DNA of 64,000 bases from an uncultured Chitinophagales bacterium. GTDB taxonomy: Bacteria > Bacteroidota > Bacteroidia > Chitinophagales > S012-47. Positions 59,727-64,000 of this stretch are shown here, piece by piece. Each line of letters starts with the position of its first letter. Position 1 is the stretch's first letter. A model generated the notes under the pieces. It saw only the letters and a list, made by a program, of their open reading frames with translations, made no database searches and was not told the origin of the DNA. Where the stretch lies: contig CAYRDC010000006.1 of the NCBI GenBank assembly GCA_964422925.1, forward strand, positions 8,854-72,853. The letters are read 5' to 3'. A program made the position numbers and the translations under genes.

Positions 59727-62639
59727 TTATCTGATCAGCGTAACATTGCCGTATTTCTGTACTACCTGCCCGTCCAGCGATGCCCCCCGGACATAAAAAG
59801 TGTAGCTGCCCATGACCTGGGGCTCGCCTTTGTAAGTGCCATCCCAACCCTGCTGCAGGTCGTTTAAGATGGACGGGTCATCAGAATAGTATATTTCTTC
59901 GCCCCAGCGGTTGTAGATATGCACTTCCAGGGTTACGATATTGCCGGAACCAAAAATGTTCAACACATCATTCAGGCCGTCCCCGTTGGGTGTGAAGGCA
60001 TTGGGCACCTCAACCCACACACCGCATTCCTTTCCATTGACATCGAAATGATGCTCATCATTGCAAATTTTAGACGGATCCAGGATAGTAACCGTGTAAA
60101 ACCCGGTGTCGCTGACGGTAATGATCCGTGTGGTTTCCCCGGTGCTCCATAAATAATCCAGGTTTTCCGGTCCGGCATCCAGCTGAACACTTTCCCCGGG
60201 GCAGATCTCCAGGGTATCCTCCAGGATTTGCGGGTACTCCACAAAAACGGTAACCGTGTCGCGGCTGCGGCAATTTCCCTGGTTGTTGACATTGATATGG
60301 TAAGTAGTCGTCTGGTCCGGATGCACCACGAGACTGTCCTTCAGCCCCAGTGTGAACCCACCGCTCGACCATTGGTAAAAGCCCTGTCCGGGAATGGTAT
60401 GCAGCGTAATTTCATCGCCCACGCAAATGGTGGTGTCATTGCCGGCATCCACCAGTGGAAAATCATACACGGTAATTTCCTTGTACCCGTTGTCCAACCC
60501 GCACTGGTTCAGGGCGGTAATGCTGATGATATAGGTTCCCGCGGTATCCCAAACCATGGAGGCCACATTGTTGGACGTATCGGCCAGGGTACCGCCACCG
60601 GCATCCCATTGATAATAGGTTTCATCCTGGAAGGGGACGTGGAAATTTATAGTATCCCCCACGCAAACCCGTATCGGACCGATGATATTCACATTGGGCG
60701 GGGTCAGGATATCGATGGTGACCGCATCGGACCACGGCCCGTAACAGCCGAAATTGATCTCCCGTACCTTGGCGGTAAACGGCCCGGCATACCCCGTGAA
60801 ATCTATGTATATCGGGTCAGACGGCCAGATGAACGGGTTATTGTTATTGAACTGCCATTCATACTGCGACTGGTTATTGTATGGCAGGAATAATATGTTT
60901 CCGATATCCCCGGAACACAGCGCTGAATCCGAAGGAATGAGTATTGGCGGGTTTTCGCTCGGGGCCCCTATGGTCAGGCGCACAAGGGACCCGAGCAGGT
61001 CGAAGGGCATGGAAGAACTGTCGGCTATGATACGGATATAATACATGCCCGGGACAATGCCCATAGCCAGCAATTGCGGCAGCGGAGGCGCGTAAACAGT
61101 GAAACTGGTGGAAGCCGTGTCGAACGTGGCGCCCAGACCGCCTGTATTCACCACTGCGAAGGTCTGGCTGTTATGCACTTCTACGCTGAACTGGTTGCCC
61201 TGGTAATACTGGGCGTTGTTATTCCAGGTGTTAATATCCACATCAATCGTAGCCGAGTCTCCGTTGGATTCATTGATACACAAGTGGATATCCTGCATTT
61301 TGTTGGTGGTGATATCACATTCCTTGATGCAGAACGGGCCCCAGACCGAACCAATGGCAGGCGGACTGGAAGAAACCACCCGGATATAATAATTGCAACC
61401 GGGCGGAACCACCGGAATCAGGCCGCTGACGCTTCCGGGCGGCATGCCAGGGTAAGCATTCGGATCCGGCACACTCCCGATAATGTATGGGTTCGCGAAA
61501 CTCCCTGAAGAGTCAGACAGTTCGGCTGTATAAACATTATTGGCATTGTACACACCCGTGGAATTAAACGGCACGTCAATCACACTGTGGATACAGACAG
61601 AATCCGTCCCGATCATGGTGACCACCGGCTGGTGGGTGGTGATGATATTCGGGCAATCAATAACTTCGAAACAGGCGCTCTCAATGCCGAAAATAGCCGG
61701 AGGCGGAGACACCCGGTTCATCCGGATTTTGTAGCAGGTATCGGCTACCACTGTGGAGGGGATGCCAACCAGCACAGCCCCGCTGGTCAGGTACGTGTTA
61801 AAAGTAATGACCCCGAGGTTGGTTGGGTTGCTGAAAGAGCCGCCCGGGCCGGATAATTCATATTCGTAGGTTCCGTAGCAAAGCGTGTCGGATATATTGA
61901 AAAACACAATCAGGTTGCTGCCGCGGCACACCGGGTTGGGCGACACGTTGGTAATGGTAATGTCCACCGGGTGGTTCACCGGGTCGTAGGAACCGACTAC
62001 AATGATATCGTCAATGGAAAAGGAAGTGCTGGCCTGCCCCCCCACACCGGTATTTACCCAGCGAAACCCGAAACGGAGGTCTTCCACATTGTCAAAAGCC
62101 GGGTTCTGGATCACTTCATACTTCCAGTGATCCTGGTTGAAATACTTGTTGGCCCCGGTTTTGGTCCAGGGACCTCCGTTAACGCTGTAATACACTTCCC
62201 CGTAGGCATTGGGATTTCCCTCGCACAGAAAGAAAAAAGTAAGTTTCACATCGTAAATGGCCTTGGTGCAAATACCGGAAGTTAGTTCCACAAACCGGTC
62301 GGAAGGGGAAGTTGGGTCATAATTGGCATTGGCGATGGAATTGTTCTGAGCCGCCACCACGTCATGGATGTGCAGATACTGGGAAAAAGGTGCGTTGGCA
62401 ATGGTGCCGCTTACCGTGCTGTCCTGGGAAATGGTATTGGAATACAGGGGGGCCCCGATATACTCGTTATTGATTACCCACTGATTATTGCCAATGGAAG
62501 TACCGACTGAACCGCTGTTCAGGGTGAATGTACTGCCGCCCTGGTCGAAGGTTTCCGCAAAGAGTTGGATATTCTGGCTGTAGCCGTTGTAGGTCATTCC
62601 AATAGCCAGCCACAGGGCGATTGCGTAAATAATCCTCAT
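59727..62639 (-). CDS. T9SS type B C-terminal-domain cargo protein (MAM/choice-of-anchor-like N-domain, Ig-like repeats)
   Basis: I use the ATG at 62639 (MRIIYAIALWLAIGMTYNGYSQ). The C-terminus is VPNAFTPNGDGLNDVLNIFG...VHIYNRWGEEIY...WDGTYKGEPQVMGSYTF...YGNVTLIR. It lies 13 nt upstream of the previous cargo gene. Confidence 0.85.
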   Translation of the reverse strand: MRIIYAIALWLAIGMTYNGYSQNIQLFAETFDQGGSTFTLNSGSVGTSIGNNQWVINNEYIGAPLYSNTISQDSTVSGTIANAPFSQYLHIHDVVAAQNNSIANANYDPTSPSDRFVELTSGICTKAIYDVKLTFFFLCEGNPNAYGEVYYSVNGGPWTKTGANKYFNQDHWKYEVIQNPAFDNVEDLRFGFRWVNTGVGGQASTSFSIDDIIVVGSYDPVNHPVDITITNVSPNPVCRGSNLIVFFNISDTLCYGTYEYELSGPGGSFSNPTNLGVITFNTYLTSGAVLVGIPSTVVADTCYKIRMNRVSPPPAIFGIESACFEVIDCPNIITTHQPVVTMIGTDSVCIHSVIDVPFNSTGVYNANNVYTAELSDSSGSFANPYIIGSVPDPNAYPGMPPGSVSGLIPVVPPGCNYYIRVVSSSPPAIGSVWGPFCIKECDITTNKMQDIHLCINESNGDSATIDVDINTWNNNAQYYQGNQFSVEVHNSQTFAVVNTGGLGATFDTASTSFTVYAPPLPQLLAMGIVPGMYYIRIIADSSSMPFDLLGSLVRLTIGAPSENPPILIPSDSALCSGDIGNILFLPYNNQSQYEWQFNNNNPFIWPSDPIYIDFTGYAGPFTAKVREINFGCYGPWSDAVTIDILTPPNVNIIGPIRVCVGDTINFHVPFQDETYYQWDAGGGTLADTSNNVASMVWDTAGTYIISITALNQCGLDNGYKEITVYDFPLVDAGNDTTICVGDEITLHTIPGQGFYQWSSGGFTLGLKDSLVVHPDQTTTYHINVNNQGNCRSRDTVTVFVEYPQILEDTLEICPGESVQLDAGPENLDYLWSTGETTRIITVSDTGFYTVTILDPSKICNDEHHFDVNGKECGVWVEVPNAFTPNGDGLNDVLNIFGSGNIVTLEVHIYNRWGEEIYYSDDPSILNDLQQGWDGTYKGEPQVMGSYTFYVRGASLDGQVVQKYGNVTLIR

Positions 62640-62762
62640 GTACCAAACTTTAAAAGAATCCCACACGGTATTTAACAGACAGGATTGTAATATTAGGGAA
62701 ATTCTCCCGTACATAAAAATGAATTTTGTTAAGAATGCAACCCCCGCTGAAGGTTAATCCGG

Positions 62763-63683
62763 TCAATCATGGTTTGAAACCGCTGCGAAATGTACATACG
62801 TAGCGAGGATTTCATCCGCGGGAATGCGCTGGAAAGAAGCGTGAACCGGTGTTTTTTCCAAAATTTCTTCAGGAGCCCTTTGTACGGCTTCGTCCAGGAT
62901 TTTAAACCCGCTGCCTCGGATCAGAGCGCGGTAATCCGGCAGGCGCCAGCGGTTCATGGGCTGAATGGAATTGTCGATCCAGCGCCAGGCTCGCGGGGAA
63001 TATTTCAGGAAATGCAATACGGTGATCCGGGGGTCCAGGTGCGCGTAATGGTCAGTCATGTCAATAAAATGGCTCATAATCCCCTGCGGAGAGATCAGCC
63101 GGCTGAATTCCCGGAATATGGCATACAGGTCATCCGGATAGATATGCTCCAGCGTGTTGTTAGAGGTGATCAAATGAACGCTGTTATCTTCCACGGGCAG
63201 CCGGCCGGAACTACCGGTCAGTTGGCGAATACAGGTTTCACGGTAGAACGCGGACAAACCGGAATCCGGCAGCGCCAGCCACTGTTTCAGGGTTTCCAGG
63301 CGTTCAGGTATTACTGGCAAAGGAAACCTATCCGTCCTGATGTATTGCACCAGTTTCAGTACGGTTTCCCGTATCCTGGACAGCTTGAAATGATTATGCA
63401 GGTCAGTGGTGATAATCTCCCCCGCACCGGCCAGGAATAAACTCAAAGGCACCACCGGATACCAGCCGCTGCCGAGTTCAAGCACCCGCTGCGGAGGACC
63501 TCCCGCACCGTACTTTTCCCAGGCGTGCCAGTGATTGGCGGCATGGCGCAGCCGGTCTTCAAAAAAAGCATCCGTCAACCGCAGGCCTTTGGTTACGTAC
63601 TTCTGAAAAAAGGCATTGATCCGGAATTTCCCCGGCAGAAAGGAAATGGTTTTCTGGGTAATTGCTTTGAGCCACCAGCGCAT
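62763..63683 (-). CDS. class I SAM-dependent methyltransferase
   Basis: Motif I RVLELGSGWYPVVPL and later TSNNTLEHIYPDDL. I use the ATG at 63683 (MRWWLKAITQK). Confidence 0.7.
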   Translation of the reverse strand: MRWWLKAITQKTISFLPGKFRINAFFQKYVTKGLRLTDAFFEDRLRHAANHWHAWEKYGAGGPPQRVLELGSGWYPVVPLSLFLAGAGEIITTDLHNHFKLSRIRETVLKLVQYIRTDRFPLPVIPERLETLKQWLALPDSGLSAFYRETCIRQLTGSSGRLPVEDNSVHLITSNNTLEHIYPDDLYAIFREFSRLISPQGIMSHFIDMTDHYAHLDPRITVLHFLKYSPRAWRWIDNSIQPMNRWRLPDYRALIRGSGFKILDEAVQRAPEEILEKTPVHASFQRIPADEILATYVHFAAVSNHD

Positions 63684-63689
63684 GGGGGG

Positions 63690-63697
63690 CAAAAATA
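63690..63697 (-). promoter_or_regulatory. Bacteroidota -7 box match (TATTTTTG) upstream of the methyltransferase
   Basis: The minus strand reads ggattcTTATTTTTGccccccATG. The motif ends 6 nt before the ATG at 63683. Confidence 0.3.
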
Positions 63698-63855
63698 AGA
63701 ATCCGGGAGGGAGTAATTTTTTATTGAAGTACCCAACGATGATAAGAACCACATTACCAGATAAAATGACAGAAAGTGAAGCCTTCAACTATCTGCAATA
63801 CAACCAAATATTATAGCGAACAATATAACTTCCCAATTCTTTTGCTTTTTTCCAC

Positions 63856-64000
63856 TCATTCATTATCATTTCCCTTTATTCGGTTCAATATATCTAAAGC
63901 AGCTATGTCTATTTTAGAAAAAGCGAACCATTTTTTGCCCAAATCCTTCAGCGAGGCGCCAAAATGGTAAACGTCTTTGTCGTCTATTATTAAAAAGCGG
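63856..64000 (-). CDS. C-terminal fragment of an unidentified protein (gene begins beyond the right edge)
   Basis: My own minus-strand translation gives ...RFLIIDDKDVYHFGASLKDLGKKWFAFSKIDIAALDILNRIKGNDNE*, with the stop TGA at 63856-63858. The composition is natural. The + ORF 63776-63970 is rejected. Confidence 0.4.
   Translation of the reverse strand, partial: RFLIIDDKDVYHFGASLKDLGKKWFAFSKIDIAALDILNRIKGNDNE

Noticed and set aside
1-64000. Window-wide look for prophage, transposon, CRISPR-Cas, restriction-modification, toxin-antitoxin or known defence systems.
   Set aside because: I recognised no integrase, transposase, phage structural gene, cas gene, methylase-nuclease pair or small paired toxin-antitoxin ORFs. 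The only hint of foreign DNA is the AT-rich right edge.

Overview
This 64-kb chromosomal segment reads as a Bacteroidota genome. Evidence: T9SS type A and type B C-terminal sorting domains, SprB repeats, a DUF2723 protein, starts without Shine-Dalgarno sequences, and TAnnTTTG -7 boxes. The DNA is moderately GC-rich, so many long stop-free antisense shadow ORFs appear in the track. I call about 50 protein genes, two tRNAs (Ser-CGA on the minus strand, Gln-TTG on the plus strand), several rho-independent terminators and a set of promoter-motif matches. Housekeeping genes include proS, folA, thyA, rmuC, aroE, prs, rplY/ctc, pth, metK, rlmB, a UbiD-type decarboxylase, proline dehydrogenase, an ALDH7-like dehydrogenase, a fused E1 alpha/beta 2-oxoacid dehydrogenase, an M1 aminopeptidase and a tdh-like dehydrogenase. 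I saw no transposase, integrase, CRISPR array, rRNA or recognisable defence/toxin gene. The accessory content is centred on the cell envelope. Three candidates for something undescribed, in my order of interest. (1) A strand-mosaic glycan locus (28.4-44.9 kb) holds two PAPS-type sulfotransferases, two GT4 enzymes, a flippase, a PIG-L deacetylase, a YfhO GT-C protein, a methyltransferase and an orphan 370-aa protein. It is wrapped around a 1573-aa T9SS cargo gene whose 13 tandem Cys-pair repeats are packed with Bacteroidota O-glycosylation sequon matches and carry a 666-bp duplication with a 331-bp perfect core. A DUF2723 (TMEM260-like) protein lies nearby. (2) A 520-aa lipoprotein is built almost entirely of low-complexity blocks (acidic/Tyr, Tyr/Trp, polar, Ser/Arg/Gly) and is co-transcribed with a FadL/PorV-like barrel. 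(3) A tightly overlapped lipoprotein-VTC-DUF4956-DUF2490 operon may be an envelope polyphosphate module. All family assignments come from motif recognition by eye, since no searches could be run.
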